54,766 nt of DNA from an uncultured Clostridia bacterium (lineage in GTDB: Bacteria > Bacillota > Clostridia > Christensenellales > UBA1242). The position numbers were made by a program, and so were the translations under genes. Under the pieces are notes generated by a model, which ran no database searches, was not told the origin of the DNA, and saw only the letters and a list, made by a program, of their open reading frames with translations. This document shows, piece after piece, positions 26,622-36,414 of this stretch (position 1 is its first letter; each line of letters opens with the position of its first letter). The stretch covers positions 1-54,766 of the forward strand of contig CANQRE010000001.1 of assembly GCA_947626175.1 (NCBI GenBank), read 5' to 3'.

Positions 26622-29000
26622 ATGGACAAGATTATTAAAAGAGATGGTCGAATTGTTGATTACGACATTTCAAAAATTGAAAACGCAATCGTAAGGGCAA
26701 TGATGTCGTTTGGCGAAGGCGATGTTAGAGATGCCAGAAAGATGGCAAAAATAACTGAACTTGAACTTGAGGACTCTTTTGGAAAAGGCAAATTGCCTTC
26801 AGTTGAGGACATTCAAGACACCGTTGAAAAAGTTTTGATGAAAAACGGGTTTGAAAATGTTGCAAAATGCTATATTCTTTACAGAAAAAATCATGAAAAA
26901 ATCCGCAATGCGTCACAAACGCTTATGGACTACAAAAACACGATGGACAAATATCTCAAACTTAGCGACTGGCGCGTGAAGGAAAACTCAACCGTGACAT
27001 ATTCTGTTGGCGGACTTATCCTTTCAAACTCCGGGGCTATGACTGCAAACTATTGGCTTAGCGAAGTGTATGACAAAGAAATTGCTGATGCTCACAAAAA
27101 TTGTGACATCCACCTTCATGACTTGTCAATGCTAACAGGCTATTGCGCCGGTTGGTCACTTAAGCAGCTTATCAAGGAAGGTCTTGGCGGTGTTCCGGGA
27201 AAAATCACTTCATCGCCAGCATCGCACCTTTCAACTCTTTGCAACCAAATGGTAAACTTTTTGGGAATTATGCAAAATGAATGGGCGGGCGCACAAGCAT
27301 TTTCATCTTTTGACACATATCTTGCTCCATTTGTCAAAGTGGACAACCTTTCTTATAAAGAAGTTAAACAATGCATTCAATCATTTATTTATGGCGTGAA
27401 CACTCCTTCGCGTTGGGGAACACAAGCGCCATTCACAAACATAACTCTTGACTGGACAGTTCCAAATGACCTTGCCGAACTTCCTGCAATCGTTGGCGGA
27501 AAGGAACAAAACTTTAAGTATAAAGACTGCAAAAAGGAAATGGATATGGTCAACAAAGCCTTCATCGAAATCATGATCGAAGGTGACGCAAACGGAAGGG
27601 GATTCCAATATCCAATTCCAACATATTCAATCACCAAAAACTTTGACTGGTCTGAAACTGAAAACAACAGATTGTTGTTTGAAATGACAACAAAATATGG
27701 AACACCATACTTTTCAAACTACATCAACTCCGACATGGAGCCAAGCGATGTGAGAAGCATGTGCTGCAGACTTAGGCTTGACCTAAGAGAACTGCGCAAA
27801 AAATCAGGCGGATTTTTTGGAAGCGGCGAAAGCACAGGCTCAATTGGCGTTGTAACAATCAACATGCCACGAATTGCATATCTTTCAGCAACCGAAGAAG
27901 AATTCTTTGACAGGCTTGACAAAATCATGGATATTTCCGCTCGCTCGCTTAAGATCAAGCGTGACACAATCACAAAACTTTTGGAAGCTGGACTTTATCC
28001 TTACACAAAAAGATATCTTGGCTCATTTAACAATCACTTTTCAACAATCGGCCTTGTTGGCATGAACGAAGCATGCTTAAACGCAAGGTGGATCAGAGAA
28101 AACTTGACACAAACAAAGGCTCAAACATTTACAAAGAAAGTGCTCAATCACATGAGAGAACGACTTTCAGATTATCAAGAAAAATATGGCGACCTTTACA
28201 ATTTGGAAGCAACTCCTGCTGAAAGCACAGCTTACAGGCTTGCAAAACACGACAAAGAACGCTATCCAGACATTATCACAGCCAACGAAAATGGAACGCC
28301 TTATTATACCAACAGCTCACATCTTCCAGTTGGATTTACTGCAGATGTGTTTGAAGCACTTGACATTCAAGATGAACTGCAAACACTTTACACTTCAGGA
28401 ACTGTTTTCCACACATTCCTTGGACAAAAACTTAGCGACTGGAAGTCAACGGCTGCACTTGTGAGAAAAATCGCTGAAAACTACAGACTTCCATATTACA
28501 CAATGAGCCCAACATATTCAATTTGCAAAGAACATGGTTACATTCAAGGCGAAGTTTATGAATGCCCAATCTGCAAAGCAAAAACTGAAGTTTATTCAAG
28601 AATCACTGGCTATTACAGACCAATCCAAAACTGGAACGATGGAAAAGTTCAAGAGTTTAAGGACCGACAAACTTATGACATTGGAAACTCAGTTTTAAAA
28701 CTTAAAACAGGGGATTGCTGCGACAGATTTTACATTGAAGAAACCCCAGCACCTGTCAATGATGAAATATTACTCTTTGCCACAAAAACTTGTCCAAACT
28801 GCAAAATGGCAAAACGAATTTTGGATGCTGCAGGAGTGAAATACACTGTTGTTGATGCTGAAGAAAACAAAGATCTTGCCATAAAGATGGGCGTTAAAAA
28901 AGCCCCAACATTGCTTGTTCCAGATGGCGAAACATATGTCAGATATGACAACGCAAGCGAAATAAACAGATTTGTGGAAGGAAGAAAACAACGAGCATGA
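26622..29000 (+). CDS. nrdD: Anaerobic (class III) ribonucleoside-triphosphate reductase fused to a C-terminal glutaredoxin/NrdH-like domain
   Basis: 792 aa. N-terminal ATP-cone (KRDGRIVDYDISKIENAI), a Zn-ribbon CKEHG...CPICK, and the glycyl-radical motif SRITGYY. An extra ~110 aa ends in a redoxin fold with CPNC (28791-28802). Confidence 0.9.
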   Translation: MDKIIKRDGRIVDYDISKIENAIVRAMMSFGEGDVRDARKMAKITELELEDSFGKGKLPSVEDIQDTVEKVLMKNGFENVAKCYILYRKNHEKIRNASQTLMDYKNTMDKYLKLSDWRVKENSTVTYSVGGLILSNSGAMTANYWLSEVYDKEIADAHKNCDIHLHDLSMLTGYCAGWSLKQLIKEGLGGVPGKITSSPASHLSTLCNQMVNFLGIMQNEWAGAQAFSSFDTYLAPFVKVDNLSYKEVKQCIQSFIYGVNTPSRWGTQAPFTNITLDWTVPNDLAELPAIVGGKEQNFKYKDCKKEMDMVNKAFIEIMIEGDANGRGFQYPIPTYSITKNFDWSETENNRLLFEMTTKYGTPYFSNYINSDMEPSDVRSMCCRLRLDLRELRKKSGGFFGSGESTGSIGVVTINMPRIAYLSATEEEFFDRLDKIMDISARSLKIKRDTITKLLEAGLYPYTKRYLGSFNNHFSTIGLVGMNEACLNARWIRENLTQTKAQTFTKKVLNHMRERLSDYQEKYGDLYNLEATPAESTAYRLAKHDKERYPDIITANENGTPYYTNSSHLPVGFTADVFEALDIQDELQTLYTSGTVFHTFLGQKLSDWKSTAALVRKIAENYRLPYYTMSPTYSICKEHGYIQGEVYECPICKAKTEVYSRITGYYRPIQNWNDGKVQEFKDRQTYDIGNSVLKLKTGDCCDRFYIEETPAPVNDEILLFATKTCPNCKMAKRILDAAGVKYTVVDAEENKDLAIKMGVKKAPTLLVPDGETYVRYDNASEINRFVEGRKQRA

Positions 29001-29905
29001 CAGACGTTTTGATTGTTGGAGCAGGAGCGGCAGGCATGACTGCTGCTCTTTATGCTCTTAGAAATGGAAAAAAAGTGACAATTTTGGAACAAGACGCAAT
29101 TGGCGGACAAATTGCACAATCGCCAAGAGTTGAAAACTTTCCAACCATCATGCAAATTTCCGGCGAAGAGTTTGCCGACAAGCTTTTTGAGCAAATCACT
29201 GAGCATGGCGCAGAGTTCAAATTTGGCAAAGTTACAAAAATTGAAAAAGTTGGAGATATATTTGAGATTGAAACCGAGTTTGACAAACTGAAGGCCAAAA
29301 GCGTTATTCTTGCAATGGGTGTTGAACACCGAAAGCTTCATTTGGAAAACGAGGAACAACTCATTGGTCACGGCATAAGTTATTGCGCCTTGTGTGACGG
29401 AGCGTTTTATGCGGGCGAAGATGTTGTGCTTGTTGGAGACGCCAACACCGCACTTCAATATGCCCTTCTTCTTTCGTCATATTGCAAAAGCGTTCACATT
29501 GTTACCTTGTTTGACAAATTTTTTGCAGACGATGTGCTGGTGCAAGCCTTAAAAACAAAGTCAAACATTCTTGTAACGCATGAAGCAAAGCTTGTCAAAC
29601 TTGAAGGCGAAAAGGAGCTTTCCGGACTTGTTTTTGAAAGAAAAGACAAAAGCCTTTTAAACATAAAAACCAAAGCCCTTTTTGTTGCCATTGGACAAGT
29701 TCCAAACAACGATTTGGTGAAAAATCTTGTTCAACTTGACAAGGCAGGATATATTGTTGCGGACGAAAATCTTGCAACGCAAACGCCAGGACTTTTTGTT
29801 GCAGGGGATTGCCGACAAAAAAAAGTTCGCCAGCTGACAACGGCTTGTTCAGATGGTGCAATTGCCGCCACAAGTGCTTGCAACTATTTGATGACAAAAA
29901 AATAA
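28997..29905 (+). CDS. trxB: Thioredoxin-disulfide reductase
   Basis: 302 aa. FAD motif VGAGAAGMTAA, redox centre CALCDG, and NADPH motif VGDANTA. ATGA overlap with nrdD. Confidence 0.9.
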   Translation: MTDVLIVGAGAAGMTAALYALRNGKKVTILEQDAIGGQIAQSPRVENFPTIMQISGEEFADKLFEQITEHGAEFKFGKVTKIEKVGDIFEIETEFDKLKAKSVILAMGVEHRKLHLENEEQLIGHGISYCALCDGAFYAGEDVVLVGDANTALQYALLLSSYCKSVHIVTLFDKFFADDVLVQALKTKSNILVTHEAKLVKLEGEKELSGLVFERKDKSLLNIKTKALFVAIGQVPNNDLVKNLVQLDKAGYIVADENLATQTPGLFVAGDCRQKKVRQLTTACSDGAIAATSACNYLMTKK

Positions 29906-29930
29906 AAATCCGCCGAAGGGCGGTTTTTTT
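29906..29930 (+). terminator. Rho-independent terminator after trxB
   Basis: CCGCC-gaag-GGCGG followed by T7. Confidence 0.75.
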
Positions 29931-30017
29931 AATGTTTCAAATTTTCAGTTTAAAAATTTTAAAATAAAAGAATTAAGAAAAAAGGCAAGACTTTCAAAAT
30001 CTTGCCACAATTTTTGT

Positions 30018-30899
30018 TTAAGAAAACATAACAGTTGCAAACCCTTCATCAGGCATAATCATGATGGAAATGTCGGTGCCTTCAAAATGATATGTTGCCC
30101 AAAACATTCCGTCTTCAATTTCGGAAAACACGTCAAGGTTTTCGCTTAGCACTTCTTTTAGATAGGTTGCAAATTCATCATAATTTGTCACGTTAAAACA
30201 AAGGCTTTCAACATCGATATTGTCAAGTTCAAACCCTTCCAAACTTAGATCAACACCCAAAAGTTCCGACAACGCACTTTCAAGTTCTTCGGATTCGGTT
30301 ACGATGTGCGGCGTAACTTGCAACGAAAGAACATAGTGCGTTTCAGAACTTGAAATTGTGATAGTGATCACATTTGTGCCGTCATCTTTGATAGCCTGGC
30401 CATCGGAATTCAAATAAAAGCCCAGCAAAACCAAGTTATTATATATTGAAAGTTTGGCGGAGGCAATTTCATCACAATCAAAAGTTATTGTTAGCTCGTT
30501 TTCAGTTGAATTTATCAAAACAACATTTGTTGTGTCAAATGGAAAGAAGTCGCCATCAACAAACTCGCTCAAGTCCGCCTTTGCCTGTTCAATCAAAGGA
30601 TTTGGCTGCGGCTTTTCTTCTTCCACAGGTGGAGTTTCGGGCGTTTCAGGTTGAGTGGTGGGATCATCCTTTGTTTCATCGTTTGGATGTGAATCGTCAT
30701 CCGAAGGACCAGCATCGGGAGTGGAACTTTCGTCAGGAGACGAAGGAAGATTTGTCTCCGGCAAATTTGTTTCCGGCGATTCGATTGCAGGTGGCTCTGG
30801 AGGAGCAGACGGAGTGGACTTTTTGTTGCACGCAAAGCCAAACGGAACAATGCAAACAACAAGTGCTGCCAAAATAGAGATTATAATTTTGTTTTTCAT
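30018..30899 (-). CDS. Lipoprotein with a Pro/Glu/Thr-rich linker
   Basis: 293 aa. Signal peptide plus lipobox (VPFGFAC), then a low-complexity PEPP/ETP linker, then a globular C-terminal part. Confidence 0.7.
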   Translation of the reverse strand: MKNKIIISILAALVVCIVPFGFACNKKSTPSAPPEPPAIESPETNLPETNLPSSPDESSTPDAGPSDDDSHPNDETKDDPTTQPETPETPPVEEEKPQPNPLIEQAKADLSEFVDGDFFPFDTTNVVLINSTENELTITFDCDEIASAKLSIYNNLVLLGFYLNSDGQAIKDDGTNVITITISSSETHYVLSLQVTPHIVTESEELESALSELLGVDLSLEGFELDNIDVESLCFNVTNYDEFATYLKEVLSENLDVFSEIEDGMFWATYHFEGTDISIMIMPDEGFATVMFS

Positions 30900-31205
30900 A
30901 ATTTACCTCGCGAAAAGTTACACAAATTATAGCACCATTTTTCGACAAAACAAAACAGATTTCGACAAAAGATTAAAGCAAACTTGCGCTATGTAACAAA
31001 ATGTTAAAAAACACAAAAAAACGGCAGTTTTTGTTTGTAAAAAAAAGAAAATTCGTTTTGCCTTTTGCAGGCAAAATTTTGATAAATGTTTTTTCTGTCA
31101 GCCAAGTAAGCAAAAACTTTAAAAAATTTAATATATTATTATCAAAAACAGTGTTTACATATTTGAATTTTTTTGTTATAATTCAATCGTGAAAAGGAGA
31201 GCAAA

Positions 31206-34200
31206 ATGAAGAAAAACCCTTTTGCAAAAAGAACAAATGTTTTTGAAAAAAATCTTCTCCAACGAGTTTTTATATCGCTAATTTGTTTTATGTATTTTTT
31301 CTCGGTCAGTCTTGGAAGTTTTTCGCAAACTTTGGGAAGGGAAATTTCTTCTTTTGCTGAAGAGAGTGAAAATTTGCAAAGCGATGGCATTGTTCGCCCG
31401 GAAGACATCAGCGAAGGGCTTTCTCGAAAAAGTTTTGAGGACATTGAAGGCCGCCGCGTGACACTTCGCCAGCCATATATGGAAGTGACGGACACAGATG
31501 TTCGTAGAACAAAAGCCGACCTTCTTTCTGACGAGTTTCAGTTCATAGATCCTCAAACGGGTGAGCCATATGTTGGGCTTGGACAGGAAAACGCAAAAAT
31601 CAATTTTGCCGAATTTGGAACGTTAAACAGCGACACTGACCCAATGTATCCAAAACGCGGGCTTGAAAACAACAGTGAAGGAAAATATTTTAACGCATTT
31701 CAAAAATATATGTTGCTTCGCCAAGCATGGTTTTACAGAACAAAACAAGCCGCAAGAGATATTGAAAACAACAGCTTGAAAAAACATCCTGCAGCGGATG
31801 GAATATATGGCCAGATTGCCGACAGCGCAAAGGCGGTGAAAAAAACAATCATATCCGACCCAATATATAAAACGCCTTTGACAACGGGACTGTATCTTGT
31901 TCCGGGCGAAGTGGCTGTGGTCACAGTTTCAGGGCTAAACGAAGGACAAACAGTTGAACTTACAACCCATCAACAGGATTCGCTTGGCTATGACGGCTCG
32001 ATTCCAAAAGATTTTGTTCCAGATGAGTCATATAACGGGCTTATAAGCACAGAAAAATATTTTAGATATTGGGACAGCATTCTGATCAAGGAAGCACAAG
32101 AAGCCTTTGAGCAAAAACGAACTCCAAATTACACGCAATATGACTTTGGCCTTAACAGTCAATGGCAATTTCAAAATCAAAAAGTGCCTTGCATGGGCTC
32201 GTCATTTGTTTTGAAGGGCAACGGAACGTTTAAAATTGGAAGCATATATGGCGGGCCGCTGTTTTTGCAGCCAACATCGTCTAATGTTACCCTTACAATT
32301 GAAGGCGCGGTTGAAACTCCGCATTACATCCTTGGCGTGACAACAAAAGACGAGTTTGAAGCAAGTCTTCGCAACGCTCCGGGACTTATTGCAACACTTG
32401 ATGTTGAAAACGGTTTGCTTGTTGGCCTTTCAGAGCACATGCGAAAATGTGACGACATTGAAAAGATTGCATATTTTTGGCATTCTGTTTTTGCAATAAA
32501 TGAATCATTGAACGGAAGGGCATATAACTACAACATAACAATGGCGTATGATTTGCACGTTCCTGCAGGCGAAGCTGTTGCACTGAGCGGAAGCTTTGCA
32601 GCCCAGCCGCAGCAATGGTTTGGAGTGTGCATGAACTACAAAACATTGACAACGCAAGGAAATTGGGGAACATTTCACGAGCTTGGCCACATTCAAGCAA
32701 AAACCTATGGCGTGAACTGGGGAATGTGCTCAAGCAATTGCCCAAACCCATGTGAAGGCGAAGTTTGGAACAACACACTCATCATTTTGGCGTATGCAAT
32801 GCTGTGCAACATGGATCCAAGGGTGACATATGTTGAGCACGGCGAATTCGTTCATCCTTTCACGGTTGTGAAAAGATCTATGAGCGTTCAAAAGGTGGAT
32901 GATTATCACAACTTTTCTGGCACGCCAGGAGAGCATTTTGATCAACTTTCGCTTTATGCAACGCTTATTCATTCGTTTGGGCCAGAAAGATTTGTTGACT
33001 TTTTTTACACTTACAAAGTCAATCCATCTTATTGCACAAACGCTCGCGCAGATTTTATATATCGCATAGGGCTTGTTGACCATGTCAACATTTTTGATTG
33101 GATCAACACAAATTATTATGGAAATGTGACTGAAAACGATTTTAGCAGTGAGCAACTTGAATATTTGAAATCTCTTCCTGTCTTTTATCCAATTGCCTAT
33201 GAATGGGCAAACGGAATCAACGGCAACGAAACTGCCAGAAAATATGACGTTGACGGAAAATATCAAACAATTTTCAATTTGTCAAAGCAAAGTTTTGCAA
33301 GTCCAAAGGATTTTGAAATTGTTGAAGTGTCGCAGCCAAAATATGGAACAATCAAGTATGAACAAGAAAAGCAAAGGGCAATTTACACTCCGCCAGCAAT
33401 AGTTGTTGAAAGCGACTCGTTTGACATTGTTGTTTCAACATTTGGCGGAAGGATTGTTTCGCTTAACGTTCGGATGAACCTTGTTTACAACGGCGCTCAT
33501 GTGGAAGTGTTTAAACTCAGCGAAGATTATGGCAAAAATGTTGACCAGGTGATTGAAACATTTAAAGATGCCGAGCCTGATCGCACAGAAGAAAGCCTTG
33601 TTGCAGGCAAAGCGGAATTTAATTCAGATGAACTTGAATATTATCGCATAAAATTCAAATTCAAGGCATTGGAGGCTGGATTTTACAAATTCACCGCTTG
33701 CGGCGATGACGGCAAAGAAGTTTTCTTCAGCAAAAATGGAGAATATATCAAAAACGGGGCAGGGCAAATCAAATATTCAGGAGTGAACTCCTATGTTGCT
33801 TTTGATGCACCGGACAACAACTTTGCTTCAACTTATCTTGACAAGGGAGAGGAAGTTGACATTGTGTGCCACCTTATGAATTGGGGCGGAAGAGGACTTG
33901 CACGAGTTGGAGTTGTGTTTCCAGGAGCAAATCAAGTTGTTGACATTCCTGCTGAAAACATGACAAATGCACTTGTTTCAAAGCAAGAAGAAGAGCAGGC
34001 AAAACAGTTCAAGGGCTGGCAGCCAAAATTTTTGGATAGCATAAAAGATCAATCGATGGCTTATGAAGAAGATAAAACCGATTGGCAAGTGATTGAATGT
34101 CCTGACTATCAAGTTTATGCCGAATATAACGGACTTGGCGCAAAAGCACTTGTTGACGGAAATATGTCAACCATTTTCCATTCGCGACACAGTGGTGGCC

Positions 34201-35777
34201 CAATTCCATCTCTTCCTCATGTTTTTGTGATTGATTGCAAAAAGAACTTGCTTGCAAATTATTTTAGCATTCATCGCCGAACAACCGACAACGATATGCT
34301 TTTTGAAATTGCTCTTTATGGAGCAAAGGATAATGGAAAAAATCAAGCTCCAAGCAGCGAAGAATATGTTTGCTTGTTTGACGGCGAGCTTGAAAATCCA
34401 AAACTGACGACCTACAAAATTCAATTTGAAAAGGACCTTTTCAGATATTTCAAACTTGTTGTGAAGAAAAACAAATCGCACACTGTGATCAGGGAAGTGT
34501 CGGCAGGATTTGAAACAGATTTAAATCAAACGGTCAAGCCAAGCAGCTTTGAAAAACGAAACGATGGATTTAAGGAAAACAAGGCAAACGGAAAACTTTC
34601 AACCGAAAAGCAATCTGCCGTTTATGAGTTTGAATTTTTGGGCTCAGGATTTGATGTTTTTGCTGACACTGCTCCAGAATATGGAAGCGCCGATGTGTTT
34701 GTGGACAATAACCTTGTTGGACAAATCGATTTGTCAGACAAACTTATTTTCAACAAATGCGTTTTCACTCTTTCAAATCTTTCAGTAAAAAGCCACAGCG
34801 TGAAAATTGTGACAACTTCAAACAAACAGTTCAACATTTCATTTGTCAATGTCACATATGCTGTTCCTGTTGAGGCGGAGGACTATCCAACTTTGGGCAA
34901 AGATTATGGCGACAAATCGCCGTTGCTGTTTGACGATCAGTGGAAAACGTTGATTGCAAATCACAAAAATCTTTCACGAATTGACTTTTTGAAAGCCGAG
35001 CCAAAAGGATATGAGGACACGCTTGTTCGACTAAACACTTTCATTCGTGTTTATCAAAAAAAGGATGATCAAAATCAAATTGCATTTGTGTATCCAGGCA
35101 CAATTGTCGCGCCAAGTGATTGTTCATTTTTGTTTGCGGGATGTGAAAAACTTGAAGCGATAAACTTTGAAAATTTTGACACATCATCGATGACGCTTGC
35201 TTTGTCAATGTTCTATGGCTGTCAGTCGCTCACCGAACTTGATCTTTCAGGCTTTGATACACAAAAAACGCTGTGCTTTAGCAAAGCTTTTGAAAACTGC
35301 ACAAGCTTGCACAAACTTAACATTTCAAGCTTTGTTGTTTCAAAGCAGGCACAAACCACTGACCTACTGAAAGGATGCGAAAATTTGTTTGAAATAGATG
35401 TTCCGCAGGTGTTTGAAAACAAACTTGGCCTTGCAAAGAACTTTGTTGACTATCAAACAAAAATGTTCTCCACAGAGATTTCTTCAAAAAACGCAGGGCA
35501 CACAATGTTTTTGCATGAAGATCACACTTACACCCATTTTGACCTTGTTCCTGCAACGCGTGACGAAGGCGGAATCAAGGAGCATGACGAATGCGTTTGC
35601 GGTAGAATTGTGATAGACGGAAAAGGCGTGAGCAGAGAAAGCCTTGCAATTGAGCCAAAGGGCTACGGCGACATAATTGCTGGCGTGACAGTTCCTTGCG
35701 CGGTGCTGGCAATTGGCGGAATAACTTTTGTTGCCATCCGCTCCAAAAACAAAAAATCTAAAAAGAAATCAAAATAA
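31206..35777 (+). CDS. Large surface protein: M60-like (enhancin-type) zinc metallopeptidase, discoidin-like domain, BspA-type leucine-rich repeats, C-terminal membrane anchor
   Basis: 1523 aa. N-terminal hydrophobic signal/anchor; HELGH followed by a downstream Glu (HEXXH...E); a VDGNMSTIFHS... F5/8-type-C-like segment; LRR_5-like repeats (FAGCEKLEAINF, FYGCQSLTELDL, FENCTSLHKLNI); and a terminal TM helix plus KKSKKKSK tail. Confidence 0.8.
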   Translation: MKKNPFAKRTNVFEKNLLQRVFISLICFMYFFSVSLGSFSQTLGREISSFAEESENLQSDGIVRPEDISEGLSRKSFEDIEGRRVTLRQPYMEVTDTDVRRTKADLLSDEFQFIDPQTGEPYVGLGQENAKINFAEFGTLNSDTDPMYPKRGLENNSEGKYFNAFQKYMLLRQAWFYRTKQAARDIENNSLKKHPAADGIYGQIADSAKAVKKTIISDPIYKTPLTTGLYLVPGEVAVVTVSGLNEGQTVELTTHQQDSLGYDGSIPKDFVPDESYNGLISTEKYFRYWDSILIKEAQEAFEQKRTPNYTQYDFGLNSQWQFQNQKVPCMGSSFVLKGNGTFKIGSIYGGPLFLQPTSSNVTLTIEGAVETPHYILGVTTKDEFEASLRNAPGLIATLDVENGLLVGLSEHMRKCDDIEKIAYFWHSVFAINESLNGRAYNYNITMAYDLHVPAGEAVALSGSFAAQPQQWFGVCMNYKTLTTQGNWGTFHELGHIQAKTYGVNWGMCSSNCPNPCEGEVWNNTLIILAYAMLCNMDPRVTYVEHGEFVHPFTVVKRSMSVQKVDDYHNFSGTPGEHFDQLSLYATLIHSFGPERFVDFFYTYKVNPSYCTNARADFIYRIGLVDHVNIFDWINTNYYGNVTENDFSSEQLEYLKSLPVFYPIAYEWANGINGNETARKYDVDGKYQTIFNLSKQSFASPKDFEIVEVSQPKYGTIKYEQEKQRAIYTPPAIVVESDSFDIVVSTFGGRIVSLNVRMNLVYNGAHVEVFKLSEDYGKNVDQVIETFKDAEPDRTEESLVAGKAEFNSDELEYYRIKFKFKALEAGFYKFTACGDDGKEVFFSKNGEYIKNGAGQIKYSGVNSYVAFDAPDNNFASTYLDKGEEVDIVCHLMNWGGRGLARVGVVFPGANQVVDIPAENMTNALVSKQEEEQAKQFKGWQPKFLDSIKDQSMAYEEDKTDWQVIECPDYQVYAEYNGLGAKALVDGNMSTIFHSRHSGGPIPSLPHVFVIDCKKNLLANYFSIHRRTTDNDMLFEIALYGAKDNGKNQAPSSEEYVCLFDGELENPKLTTYKIQFEKDLFRYFKLVVKKNKSHTVIREVSAGFETDLNQTVKPSSFEKRNDGFKENKANGKLSTEKQSAVYEFEFLGSGFDVFADTAPEYGSADVFVDNNLVGQIDLSDKLIFNKCVFTLSNLSVKSHSVKIVTTSNKQFNISFVNVTYAVPVEAEDYPTLGKDYGDKSPLLFDDQWKTLIANHKNLSRIDFLKAEPKGYEDTLVRLNTFIRVYQKKDDQNQIAFVYPGTIVAPSDCSFLFAGCEKLEAINFENFDTSSMTLALSMFYGCQSLTELDLSGFDTQKTLCFSKAFENCTSLHKLNISSFVVSKQAQTTDLLKGCENLFEIDVPQVFENKLGLAKNFVDYQTKMFSTEISSKNAGHTMFLHEDHTYTHFDLVPATRDEGGIKEHDECVCGRIVIDGKGVSRESLAIEPKGYGDIIAGVTVPCAVLAIGGITFVAIRSKNKKSKKKSK

Positions 35778-35909
35778 CGAAAAACAGTTTAAAGTTTAAA
35801 AGGCAAAAAAGTCATTTAAAAGGCGGCTTAAGCTGCCTTTTTTTGTTATTAAGCAAAAATAAAACAAACAACGACTTGTTTAAAAAGACGTGATTCGACA
35901 AAAATAAAT

Positions 35910-35939
35910 TTGACATAAAAAATTTTAATGTGATATAAT
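35910..35939 (+). promoter_or_regulatory. Sigma-70 promoter with extended -10
   Basis: TTGACA, 18 nt, TGaTATAAT. It places the transcription start downstream of the track ATG at 35942. Confidence 0.6.
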
Positions 35940-35959
35940 CAATGAAAAGGAGCTTTCCA

Positions 35960-36346
35960 ATGGACGTAGAAAAAATAAAAGAACTTATTGACGATTTGGC
36001 AGAATATAAAAATGACGGCGAGTTCAATCGCATGTTGTTGGAGCTCAAAATTTTGGCCTATGGACGCACATATTTTTCGCCACACATGCTTGAACGTGCC
36101 ACAAAAATTTGTTTTTATGATTACATACAGGAAATTTTGGACAATGTTTTCAAGCCACGCCCAGAAGATTACAAGCCAAGCGATTACAAATTTACGCCAA
36201 TGGAATCAAACAGCTTTGTGCTTGAATGGCTGACAAAACTTCTTTGCAAAAAAGTTTTGGAAAAAAAGGAAATCACAAATCTGGAAATAGATTACAGCCA
36301 AGACGTGTCAACAATAATTGACTTGGTAAGGCAAGCAATCGATTAA
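35960..36346 (+). CDS. Hypothetical protein
   Basis: 128 aa counted from the ATG at 35960, after the AAAGGAG RBS. No motif I recognise. Confidence 0.55.
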   Translation: MDVEKIKELIDDLAEYKNDGEFNRMLLELKILAYGRTYFSPHMLERATKICFYDYIQEILDNVFKPRPEDYKPSDYKFTPMESNSFVLEWLTKLLCKKVLEKKEITNLEIDYSQDVSTIIDLVRQAID

Positions 36347-36354
36347 TGATCAAA

Positions 36355-36388
36355 CAAAAAAAACAAGCACAACGCTTGTTTTTTTTGT
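36355..36388. terminator. Bidirectional terminator
   Basis: ACAAGC-acaac-GCTTGT flanked by A7 and T8. Confidence 0.7.
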
Positions 36389-36414
36389 GAAAAATTTTAA
36401 TTTTTGACAAAAGT

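Noticed and set aside
28730-29458. 242-aa ORF antisense to the nrdD/trxB junction
   Set aside because: It lies entirely within two well-supported plus-strand genes and has no RBS or recognisable domain. The same reasoning applies to the other antisense or shadow ORFs in the track, for example 996-1289, 1115-1492, 2354-2782, 6095-6481, 25363-25818, 30446-30996, 32730-33266, 37376-37807 and 23360-23740.
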